From Stegostoma tigrinum (taxonomy: Eukaryota), in contig NC_081374.1 of assembly GCF_030684315.1 (NCBI RefSeq), forward strand, positions 12,016,837-12,080,836: a DNA stretch of 64,000 nucleotides, given 5' to 3'. Below the pieces are notes generated by a model, which made no database searches, was not told where the DNA came from, and was given only the letters and a program-made list of their open reading frames with translations. Below, in pieces: positions 1 through 11,659 of this stretch; position 1 is the first letter of the stretch; each line of letters starts with the position of its first letter. The position numbers and the translations under genes are program-made.

Positions 1-2504
1 GGACACCAAGATCTCTCTGCTCATCTGCACTACCAAGAATCTTACCATTAGCCCAGGACTCTGTATTCCTGTTACTCCTTCCAAAGTGAATCACCTCACA
101 CTTTTCTGCATTCAACTCCATTTGCCACCTCTCAGCCCAGCTCTGCAGCTTATCTACATCTCTCTGTCATCTGCAACGTCCTTCCACACTATCCACAACT
201 CCACTGACTTTAGTATCATCCGCAAATTTACTAACCCATCCTTCTACACCCTCATCCAGGTCATTTATAAAAATGACAAACAGCAGTGGCCCCAAAACAG
301 ATCCTTGTGGTATACCAGAAACTGAACTCCAGGATGAACATTTCCCATCAACCACTACCCTCTGACTTAGAACATAGAACATAGAAAAGTACAGCACAGT
401 ACAGGCCCTTTGGCCCACGATGTTGTGCCGTGGAATAATCCTAATCCAAAAGTAAAATAACCTCACCTACATTCCCCTCAATTCACTGCAGTCCATGTGC
501 ATGTCCAGCAGTCGCTGAAATGTCACTAATGACTCCGCTTCCATGACTACCACTGGCAAACTATTCCATGCGCTCACAACACTCTGGGTGAAGAACCTCC
601 CTCTGACATCTCTTCTATACCTTCCAACTAATACCTTAACACTATGACCCCTCATGGCAGTCAATCCTGCCCCGGGGAAAAGTCTCTGGCTATCAACTCT
701 ATCCATGCCTCTCATTACCTCGTACACCTCGATCAGGTCACCTCTCTTCCTCCTTCTCTCCAGAGAGAAAAGTCCGAGCTCAGTCAACCTCTCCTCGTAA
801 GACAAGCCCTCCAGTCCAGGCAGCCTCCTGGTAAACCTCTTTTGCACCCTCTCCATAGCCTCCACATCTTTCCTGTAATAGGGCGACCAGAACTGGACAC
901 AATATTCCAAGTGTGGTCTCAACAGATTTTGTAGAGCTGCAGCATAAACACGCGGCTCTTAAACTTGATCCCCTTGTCAATGAAATTCAAAACACCGTCT
1001 GCTTTCTTAACAACCTTATCCACCTGGGTGGCAACTAGGCTGACTGGTCTGTAATTTCCAGGGATTTCCCTATTCCCTCTCTTGAAAAGAGGAACAACGT
1101 TTGCCTCCCTCCAATCTTCCGGTATGACTCCCGTGGAGAGTGAGGAAGCAAAGATCTTTGGCAATGTCTTAGCAAACTCTTTTCTTGCTTCCCGGAGAAA
1201 CCTAGGATAAATCTGGTCTAGCCCTGGGGACTCATCAATCTTACTGTTCACTAAAATTTCCAGCACATCACCTTCCTCAGTCATGATCTGTTCAAGCCTG
1301 CCTTCCTGCTCCTCAAAGTTCTCATTCACAACAAGGTCCCTTTCCTTAGTGAAAACCAAAGAAAATAACTCATTTAGTGCTTCCCCTATCTGCTCAGACT
1401 CCATGCACAAGTTCCCTATGCTATCCCTGATTGGCCCTACCTTCTCCCTGATCATTCTCTTATTCCTCACGTATGAGTAAAATGCCTTCGGGTTCTCCCT
1501 CATCCTTCCTGCCAAGCCTTTTTCGTGCACCCTCCTGGCCCTCCTCAGTCCACTTTTGAGCTCCTTCCGAGCAAGCCTGTAATCCTCTAAAGCTGTGCTA
1601 GACCCTTGCTTCCTCCACCTTACGTAAACTGCCTTTTTCTTTTTGACAAGAAGCACTTCTGTACCCGTCATCCAAGGCTCCTTAATCTTACCCCTTCTTA
1701 CCTGTCTCAGAAGAACAAATTTACACATCACTCGCAACAACTGCTCCTTAAACAGTCTCCGCATGTCTGTTGTGCCCCTTCTGTGGAACAACTGCTCCCA
1801 ATCTGTACTTCCCAACTCCTGCCTGATAGCGTCATAATTTCCTTTTCCCCAGTTAAATATCTTCCCCTGGTAACTGCTCCTTTCCTTTTCCATGTCTTCT
1901 TGCAGCTAGCCAATTTCTGATCCAAACCGCTAAATCACCCTCAATCCCATGCCTCCGTATTCAATCACCTTTCCTTAGCCACTGACTCCATCCATCACCC
2001 TGTTCAACAGAGCCCTCATCCAACATGTTTTGAGTTCCACACTCAGCCATTCCCAAACCATCCCAATTGGACTTGAACCTTCCACCATACATCAACTTAA
2101 TCTCATCCAAATCTTTGCTCCAACTTTACATCTTTAAAGGTACGATAGAAATGCAAGTTACCTTGTTTGCAAACATTGATAGGGCAAGATTTTTTTTTAA
2201 ATGTGCAAACCAGCCTACTGGATCTAGAAAGATGTGAATCCATACTGCGCGGAAGAACAAATTGAAATATTGTCCCAGACATTAAAATTCAAATTAATTT
2301 GAATTGAAATGAACAGAATGAAATTCAAATTAAAACCTGACATTTTTAAAATAGCTTTCATTCCAACATTACATTATTTATAAAAATGCTTCTGTCTACA
2401 GCAAGCTACGTGTAAATGGCTCATTCTCAATGAAACCGCATTCAGTTTGGGCCCAGTCCATTAAATCCTCAACTAGAATCATGGTCATTGAGAAGTGTGA
2501 ATGA

Positions 2505-3612
2505 GAATTACACAATTCCTACAGTGCAGAAAGAGGCCATTGGGCCCATCAGGGTTACACTATCTCTGTCAAGAACATCCCACCAGACTGGAAATTCCAC
2601 TCAAGATAACAAAGTGTGGAGCTGGATGAACACAGCAGGCCAAGCAGCACCTCAGGAGCACCAAAGCTGACATTTCGGGCCTAGACCCTTCATCAGAAAA
2701 GGGGGATGGGGAGAGGATTCTGAAATAAATAGGGAGAGAGAGGGAGGCAGATCTAAGATGGACTGAGGAGAAGATAGGTGGAGAGGAGAGTATGGGTCGG
2801 GAGGTAGGGAAGGGATAGGTCAGTACACGGAGAACGGACAGGTCAAGGTGACGGAATGAGGTTAGTAGGTGGGAAATGGAGGTGTGGCTTGAGGTGGCAG
2901 TAGGGGATAAGTGAGAGGAAGAACAGGTCAGGCAGACAGGGGCGAGCTGTGCTGGTTTTGAGATGCAGTGGGAGGAGGGGAGATTTTGAAGCTGGTGAAG
3001 TCCACATTGATAACATTGGGCTGCAGGGTTCCCAAGTGGAATATGAGTTGCTGTTCCTGCAACCTACGGGTGGCATCATTATGGCACTGCAGGAGGCCCA
3101 GGATGGGCATGTCGTCGAAGGAATGGGAGGGGGAGTTAAAACGGTTCGCGACTGGGAGGTGCAGTTGTTTACTGCGAACCGAACGAGGGTGTTCTGCAAA
3201 GCAGTCCCCAAGCCTCCACTTGGTTTCCCCAATGCAGAAGAAGCCACACCGGGCACAGCAGATCCAGTATACTATATTGGCGGATGTGCAGGTGAACATA
3301 TGCTTGATGTGGAATGTCATCTTGGGGCCTGGGATGAGCATGAGGGAGGTGGTAGAATTCCACTCTATTCCCTTAACCCTACATATCTAATGACTAACCC
3401 ACCTGCACTACATAGCCTCTGAGCTCTCGGAAATTTGGCATGATCAATTCACAAACCTGCACATCAATGCAGCATCAGAGGAACCTGAAGCACCTTCTGG
3501 AAACCCATGCAGACACGGGCAGAATGTGCAAACTGCACAGTGTCTGACAAGGCTTCAGTTGAACCCAGGTCGCTGAGTCTGTGAGGCAACAGTGTTAACC
3601 ACTGAGACACTG
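2505..3612 (-). mobile_element. tRNA-derived V-SINE (HE1-like) split by the Penelope insertion; copies at ~14823..15930 and ~27140..28247
   Basis: V-domain-like GGAAACCCATGCAGACACGGGCAGAATGTGCAAACT and tRNA B-box-like TTGAACCC on the + reading; CR1-like tail at the left end. Confidence 0.75.
2603..3353 (-). mobile_element. Penelope-like element, GIY-YIG endonuclease end plus terminal repeat; copies at 14921..15671 and 27238..27988
   Basis: FTCTSANIVYWICCARCGFF(C/Y)IGETKWRLGD.FAEH..HFN-like motif..GTLQPNxINVDF; flanked by direct repeat AATTCCACTC. Confidence 0.88.
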
Positions 3613-3829
3613 GGCTGTCCATACTTGTGAAGTTGAGATGTGAAAAAAATGCTTCTACATTTGTTGCACGCTTTGATGTTCATTGTGAATTGACACTGTA
3701 AGAAAAATATGTGAATATTTTCAAGGGGGACGTGTGACAGAAATCCATGAATGTACAAAGAGACAAAGTGTTAATTATTTCCATCTGCACATTGGAGTTT
3801 GGTGTGTCAATGGAATGACAGATAGAAAT

Positions 3830-4005
3830 GATTCAGGCAGGTTGAACAGTAACATTTCAAAATCATTCCGATAGATACATGGATGGGAGAGGTTTAGAGG
3901 GATATGGACGAAATGCCAGGAATTGGAACGAGCTGGGGATGCACCATGGTCAGTATGGACCAGTTTGTGCTGAAGGGCCAGTTTCCATGCTGCCTTAGTC
4001 TATGA
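3830..4005 (+). mobile_element. Decayed CR1 3' end fragment (also in units X and Y)
   Basis: acatttcaaa..gatagatacatggatgggagaggtttagagggatatgg..gctgaagggccagtttccatgctg resembles the CR1 3' terminus. Confidence 0.65.
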
Positions 4006-6035
4006 ATATATTACTTTATTCTCAAGGGCTGGAAGAGGAATTATCGTTTAAACTGTGCTCTCAACTGGAGCCATAGCTCTTACAGCTCAGAACATGTCTA
4101 TGACAGAGTATTGTATCCGCTCAAAGCTTCTGGGTTAAGAATTATCCGCACATCTCAGGCCTCATCTCAACATCCTCCCCGACCCGAAAACCAATCCACC
4201 GGTTTTAATCAGGGCCTGCTAGACACCTGGGATTGGCCTCCTCTATCACTGGTAAAAGCCCCGAGCCTGTGGAGAAAGCCCTTTGGCAAACCACAAACCA
4301 TACCTACAGGCATTGTAACGCTGTGCGGGCAGCCATTGCCTACAGCTCATTAAAGAGATAGAACTGGGTCACCTGCAGCAATATGTCTGCAGCTACTGAC
4401 AGAAATGTTCCGTGGAGACACATTCTGGAAAGACAGGGAGGGGACAGTTTTCTTAGAGCCCACATCACTGTTAATAAACTGGACATTGTGGGTGGAGAAC
4501 TCTTGTGTCATTCAAGGCTGTTCTGAGAGTTTTCAGAACGAGCCCTTTGCTCACCGTCTCTGAGAGGGTAACCTCCTGGGACAGGTTCGTGTACACATTG
4601 TGGTGTATCACTGCACAATTCCAGAGCAAATGGAATGTGTGTACTGATGACGGAGGGGTTTTGAGGCAGGTTCAGTTCATACAATGGTTTGTCTCAGAAA
4701 AGCAGGCTTTTGTCAACTGCCAAGTGCCCATCTCACGGGATATGGCTTTGAATCTGAGCATGTTTTAATACTGAGTGGCTTTTAAAAAGTGCTGGCTGCC
4801 CATCGACCAGAGCGTGGCATTAACACTAAGCAAGTCACTTCAGAGGATCTCTGGCAATTTGGTCAGACATTCTACACTTTGTTAAAAAGAACTGCATTCC
4901 CTGTTTCATCACAGTCTAATGATAAGTCTCATTATATTTTTCCAGCTGTTTCTACAATGCCCATGTCATTCAGGGTCTGGCAGTTCCCTGCTCTCTATTT
5001 CTGACCCTCAGACACTGACAACCTAATGTCAGAGGGTTTCATCCACATTGATGTAATAAACCCCAAATGTATCCAACTGTTCTACAGGACTTTACCCAAC
5101 GTACTGTTTCTGTTTCCCAGACAGAGCATTGCGATGGTCCTCACTGGTTCAGTCTCTGGGTAACAACTCCAGTGACTCTCCTTCTATATTAAGCATTAAG
5201 GTGGGAACACTGCCTTCAGCATTGTGGGTGGGGGTTAGCAGAGTTGGTGCAGGGTGTCAGCCCCTTTGACCTTCTCAAAGGTGAAACCCAGTATGATTCA
5301 CCAGGCTCACTCATCATCAACCACGTCCTGGGAACCACAAAGCCCCATGTCAGGCAGTTCACCAGAGGGAACCTCACCTTGGAATTGAACTCACCCCCCA
5401 GTTACTCAATCACAGCTCACTTCTCCCAGAATTGTCTCTCTGTCAGCAGAGACCTTTTTCTGCCTGAAATCAGCATCATTACTTGCTTACTTGACTCTTA
5501 TAGAAATGGAGCAGAGAGTGCCGATCTCCTGCAATCCAGGAGTTCACAATAATTGACACAATAATTATTCTGCACTCTCAATAGGAGGCACATTCTGCAA
5601 ACAAAAATTCAAAACAAATCAATGTTTAACTGCACGATGAATTTTCACACATAAATCTGCATTTGTCATGAACTGTTTGTTGGAATTTTCTAACATGGGA
5701 GAATTAGACAGTTTTCATTCACCTGAGAATTCAGTCTAAATACTGAGCTTCAGTCACTGCTATCTGTACAACTGACTCTTGAAATGTCGTGATTTCAGAA
5801 ATTTTTTATTCATTCATTGAAAATTAGTTGAGTACTTCTGTTAAGCATAGCTGACAGGACAAACATTTCTTCAGGGTTAATTTGCATCAAGTGGCAGACT
5901 GTAGTTTCAGAAGTTGGCTTCCTATATCCTCTTCCTCATTTACATTCTTGTAGACATTGTATTACTCGTTTATTTCAGTGTGAGAAACAAGAGCTGTGTG
6001 ACTGACATCAAGAGCTGATCTTTGTGAATAAAACA

Positions 6036-6072
6036 ATGTGGACTTTGATTCTTCTGATTTGTTCCATTCCCG
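6036..6072 (+). other. Duplicated exon 1 (leader), distal copy; orphan or alternative first exon
   Basis: Identical to 30671..30707 including the GTGAGT donor; the following intron is cut at 7245. Confidence 0.88.
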
Positions 6073-9000
6073 GTGAGTGACCATCTGAGTTGTTAATTTC
6101 AATAACTAATACTTATTAAAGTCTCCCGTCTGGTTTATACAGTATAGAGGTGTTTACATATTTGGAGATATGTAAAAAAACAAAGGAACATCATGTTGAC
6201 ACAGCAGGTAACATCTTTATTGCTGTGACAAATGCCTGAGAATTTGATTCATTCTCCAGCACATTCTCACAAACCCAAACAGGTTCATCATCAACCTGCA
6301 AATTCTTTCAATGTGCTCATGGCGGGGAGCAAGTGTGGATGAAATTCCAGGTCAGATTTATCCAGCGCAGTGTGTTTCCTCTCAAATACTGTCTCAGGAC
6401 AGTAATCTTTTCCAGGAAGAACAAACTGCAGAAATCTGATGCACCATGTGCTTTACGAAAGCCTTTGAAGTTCAAATGAAAAATGTAAAAATACATGAAC
6501 AACGTCAGGAAATATTATATCTTCTTCTGAATATATGATAATGTCATGGGACATAGTTACCAAATACTTTACAGCTGCATTAGTCATTATCAATAAAATG
6601 AAAAAGGAGAGCAGAACATTTTTTTATAGTGATTCAAACAGCATAAACAATTGAACTCGTCCAAAATTTTTCATTTTCAATGTACACTGAAAGCTGGTGT
6701 GGAAGTCAGCCTTCAAACAAAAGATCTTGGGTTTTGATTTCATTCTTTTTTTACTCTTATGACAATTCATTAAATACTGTTTTGCAAGGTGCTGTCACAA
6801 AAGTAGGTGGTTGGATTATATATCTTCCCATAAAAAGCTTTTTTCCTTTCAGTCATTAACTTTAACTGAGTTGCTGATGGTGTTTTTTGCCCTTCACTTA
6901 TAACTTTAAAATCTATCACTGCAATAAAATTATTGTTCAGTATTGTCACTTCCCCTTCATTGATGATCAAGCAAATTTGAAACACAAAATATTAAAATTC
7001 CAAGGGATGGAGCTCAATGAAGTGTTAGAGGAGAACCTTCTGCAACAGTTTGAGACTCAACCTCATCAATTTCATGCAGAATACCTGACGGACAGTAAAC
7101 TGAAGCGTGCCTCTGTGTGTTCAGAAATCCTCTTTGTTTCGAGGCTTCCTCTTTCCAATAAGAACTCTAATCCATGACTTCCATCAGCTTTAACCATTTA
7201 TGCATTTTCTACCTTTTGCATTTCCTTTCAACTGCCTCATTTATTGAATGGCGCAGATTTGTTCCAATGTCTTATGTCTTCACCTATTTCTGCTGTCACC
7301 TGATCACCAGCACAACTACAGGGATACATTAACTCTCTGTGATCCAATGATCTTCGATGTGTACAAGCAGCATTGATATGTATTAGTTTTCCAGAACATG
7401 TGTAACAGCCAATGGGGAAGGAGGAGTGTGATCTGGACATAGCTCCAGTTCATTTCAAGTTATCTTCAGTTCATTGCCATGTCCAGAATTCAATTCAAAA
7501 CTAACGAGAAAACGAAGGCATCAGACTCTGTCTCAGTGTTTCTGATGTTTCTTTCCAGTTCCTCATTGAATGTGATACTCTCAGCTCGACCAATTGGGAA
7601 AGTAAAGATTTTCTGCACCTGTGCCACTGGCTGGAAGTTTACATCTTGAGAAAATATTGACTAACTATCTCACATCGGATATTTGTTTCGTCAATCCTGT
7701 ATGAGAAAAGAAATCTTGTCATAAGATGATTTTGGATTAATGTAGTTGAAAAAGAACAAAAACCTGAAATGATCGCTGTAATCACAAATTGTAATCAGAG
7801 ATGAGAACTGCAGACACTGGAGATTCCAAGAACACAAGGTGCAGAGCTGAATGAGCACTGCAGGACAAGCAGCATCTTAGGAGCAGGAAAGCGAGGTCGA
7901 GCCCCGAACCATCAGCTTTCCTACTCCTGAGATGCTGCTTGGCCTGCTGTGTTCATCCTTGTTATTTCACATGATGTGTTTCACTTTTATACGGGATAGA
8001 TCAATGTATATTTTTGAGAATGGGAGAATATCACAAAGAAAGAGGAAATTGGTGGAATTTTTCCCTCCCTGGAACAATCAGGGAAATTACAAGAAGTTGG
8101 GAAAATATGCCAATCATGAAAGAATCAGAACTTCTCATCAAGAAAATATTTTACAATTTTCTCCTCAGGTGTATGAATGGCATCTTCAGAATCTCGCTAC
8201 TGAGTTGAGACCATCTTATTTCCATGTATTTGTGCTTCGTTATGAGCCCAACTCTCACCACGTTTTCACCATTTCCAATTGTTCTCTTCCACCCGGGAAA
8301 TACACAGTGCAAATTCCCAATATGTTATTCACAGCAGCTTACTGGCAGGTACTACTCACTGATTGCTTGTCCCAAACCTCGCCAAGACTTCTTCTGTCTT
8401 CACCACAACGTCCCTGCACACTCCCTGGAGACAATCCTCCTCCACTCTATATCCACTCAAGTCATCATGAGCACAGCATCAGCCTTCCTTGCAGCATCAG
8501 AACTCCCCTCGCTCCAGCGCTACCACCACTTGAATTTGGAGCTCACGGACAATTGTTTGCAGGCTGCCAGCCTCAGTGCTTTACATTGCTTTTAAACACA
8601 GAGCCCTGTCATTGTAAGCCGCAGCCTGCCAGACTCTGGGAGCTGCATTGCATTGTACCACAGAGTTCAAAGTTGGCAACTTGTCACGGTGGGAGGCACT
8701 GAGCAGGAAGGGAGTGGGCATCTCACTCTATGGCACAATGCCTAGTCAGTGTCACTCTGACAATACTGGTCAGTACGTCATGTGGCAAATACAGTGATGT
8801 GTTTCAATGAAATTGCCATGTCTTAAAGTGAAAGTGGAGTAGTGCCGAGTGGGGTGATTGGGGACTGTGGGGAATCTGGGGCTGACTCCACAATCAGTCC
8901 AGATGCTCATTCAATTCCAGTCCATGATCAGTCTGTGCCAGCTCTGACCAGACTCTGGGGATCTAGGGCCTTGTGTTCCAGGCACTGGGCCTCACTAATG

Positions 9001-9424
9001 CAAGTGTATCCAGCCCAGGGATTATAGAGGGCTCAGTTTGGGAGCTTGGAGATATCAGTTACTGTACTGGGCCACTTTTATTGGAACTCTGCTGCCGAGT
9101 CAGTCCACATTGTTGTGGGAGTAGGCGATGACTTAATTGGGAATGGATTTATCAGGGCCAAGTCTATGGAAGCCAGAGGGAAATGATCAAATCAAGTCTG
9201 GGCTAGGCTCGATTGGACTGTGTCACTGAGAGAATGATGACAGTGAGTAAAGGCAATTCAAGTTAAAAGAGTATTACAAGTGTAAAATAGACAGAGTAGG
9301 ATTTCCGGTCATCACAATTACATGCCTACAGTCAGAAGATGTTCTTCCAGCTTGAAGACATGAAAATCTTACAGTATTAGACAGGATGTACATTGTATGT
9401 TTGGGTAATAAAATCATGTCCATC

Positions 9425-9772
9425 AAGTCATATAGTCATAAAATGCAAAGTTAGATCCTCCAGTCCAACTCGTCCCCCTCAAACACACATCCCAATCTGA
9501 CCTGGTCCCATTTGTCAGCTTTGGCCCCACATACCTCCAAACCTCTCCTACTCATATACCCATCCAGATGCCTTTTATATGCTGTAATTGTATCAGCATT
9601 CACCACTTTGTCTGGCAGCTCATTGCTTAAATGCACTACCCTCTGTGTGAAAAGGTTACTCCTCAGTTATTTTGTTAAATCTTTTCCCATTCACCTTTGA
9701 CCGCTGCCCTTTGTTTGTGGACTCCCACACCAGGGAAAAAGACCCGGGCTATTCAGCCTGTCCAAGCCCTCA
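9425..9772 (-). mobile_element. CR1 3' end fragment; copy at ~21744..22091
   Basis: Peptide NELPDKVVNADTITAYKRHLDGYM is typical of the CR1 ORF2 C-terminus. Confidence 0.75.
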
Positions 9773-10329
9773 TTTCAATTAGTTTATTTCCGATAGACAT
9801 GTGTAATAATGTGGAATGTAGACAATGTGAATACTGTTGGGTACCGGTATGGGTGAGCTCATATCTAACAGTTTGTTTTGGATATTATTATTTACAGAAA
9901 GCATTGTACGGAAGCTCGTTAGTTGTATGAATCAGATAAAGTCTTGTTGCCATTTGAAAGATGTGATCTGCTTGTCATTTTTTCATATATACAGCTTCAA
10001 TGCCTGCATTAGTAAATATTTAAACAAAGAAACCTGACTCTGCTCCTGTCCAAAGAGGAAATACCACATAAGATCACCCTTTTGGGGGGCTCTCATAGAA
10101 CATCGGAAGTGCCAGAGAGCAGCAGGAGGTGAGGTTTTCCCAGGTCACTGTCACTTTAGCCTGTACTTGGTGTGGGTTCAGGGCCAATAAGGACACTGAA
10201 TTGTAGGCCTGAGAGGGGATAGTCTGCAATGTGCAAGGGATCCTCTTCATTGCGAAGGAGATGCCTATCATAGTGACTTACTGCCAGAATTCTACACCCC
10301 CAATAAATCTCAATGTCTTTGGTTGTGCA

Positions 10330-11060
10330 GATTACATTTGGATGAGGTTATACAGCTCGGACATTCTCACGGTGTTATGACAGCGACCACAGTTGCCCTG
10401 AATTTTCTTGCCAATTTTCAAGGACCAACTGGACAGCTGTATGGCACCTCCAACTCTGACACACAAATGCAGACCAGCTGTCTCTGCTGCCGTTTTCTCC
10501 AGATCGCATCTGTTCATATGTTTCCCCGAGCTGTGACACAGATAGTATCTCCGTCCAGGAAGGGGAATATTCCACCACCACTGGCTTCCCCCAGGGACAG
10601 GATGCTATAAGCTGCACCCACACTGCTTTCAGAATGTCCCCCGCACTAACTTGCAAATCTCAACAACAGGAAAGACTCCACCTCCATCAAGGCACACGTT
10701 GGGTGTAACCATCGATGCCAGGTTTTGGAGGTGGGTCATTGATATCCTGGGGGCTCCCACAATGTGCAGATAGTCGAGCGGTCACTGGGTCCTGCTTCTT
10801 CCCAATATTCTCAGGACATACAGGAATGGCTGCTGGGAGACAGGAAGAGCCCTCCTGAAACTTGGCTGATGGCATTTTTATCAAACCCATAGACTGATAC
10901 AGTATGAAGATACAATGCTGCTCCTGCTTCCACCAGGGCCACTGTGGAACAGACCATAGGGCTCATTAAGATGGGGTTTTGATGCCTAGAATTCTTCAGC
11001 GTGACCTTGCAGCTTTGCCCAGAATGTCTCCCCCATCAGTATGGCTGCTGGGGCCCTCAC
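10330..11060 (+). mobile_element. Decayed PIF/Harbinger transposase; copy at ~22650..23380
   Basis: Ordered motifs TVALNFLA, QGQDAISCTH (GAIDCTH-like), NNRKDSTSI (NRKGFHSI-like) and RYNAAPASTRATVEQTIGLIKMGF*CL, with stops and frameshifts. Confidence 0.72.
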
Positions 11061-11659
11061 AGATGGAGCTGACAAAGATTGTTGGAGGGGGGCAGTGGGA
11101 TGTCCCACATCCAGGTGAAATGGGGTGGGGGTCATATTCGGGCTCACTGTCACTGACTGGAACTTCTGCAGTGGCTCTGCATCCCAGGCAGGAAGGAAAT
11201 GGAGAGACCAGACATCACTGGAGTGTCCTGAGGGGAAACATTGAGGGATTTTCTGTGAGGGTCCTCCTCTCTATGGGTGCCTCCTGACACCATCCTGTCA
11301 CTTTGAGAGGAAGGGGAACCTGGAGTGATGTCAATAGCCACGTCACACTCTCACCTCCTCAGTGACGCTGAACACCCACGGCCTCAGCAATGGAGTGTCG
11401 GTCCGTGTTCATATCCAGCAGACACTGAGTGGACTGGACCTGAGTCTGAGAGACACCCGCCCACCTCTCCAAGGGGATGGTCAGACACATCGCCTGGGAC
11501 TGATAGTGTTGGCTTATTCCTCCATTCTTTGATCCAGTTTAACAGCTGCCCCTGACATACCTACCTGCTGTGCTTGTGCCCGTCAGTGCATGTTCACAAA
11601 GTCAGTAAGATTAAAGCTGACAATTCTGAAGATTGAAACCATTGTCTTTGGTCACACCA

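Larger units (their letters stand above)
1..7245. repeat. 12.3-kb tandem duplication, unit W (partial; begins before the window)
   Basis: Matches 12319..19563 at offset 12318; ORF track identical except one residue. Confidence 0.95.

Noticed and set aside
369-1892. Possible active LINE or host reverse transcriptase gene
   Set aside because: 5'-truncated, no endonuclease or ORF1, RT core deleted, frameshift near 920.
2286-2305. Perfect 20-bp palindrome AATTCAAATTAATTTGAATT
   Set aside because: Lies in AT-rich low-complexity sequence, with no evidence of function.
7932-8702. 256-aa ORF
   Set aside because: Starts inside a Penelope remnant, has no recognisable domain, and is broken by an indel in the unit Y copy.
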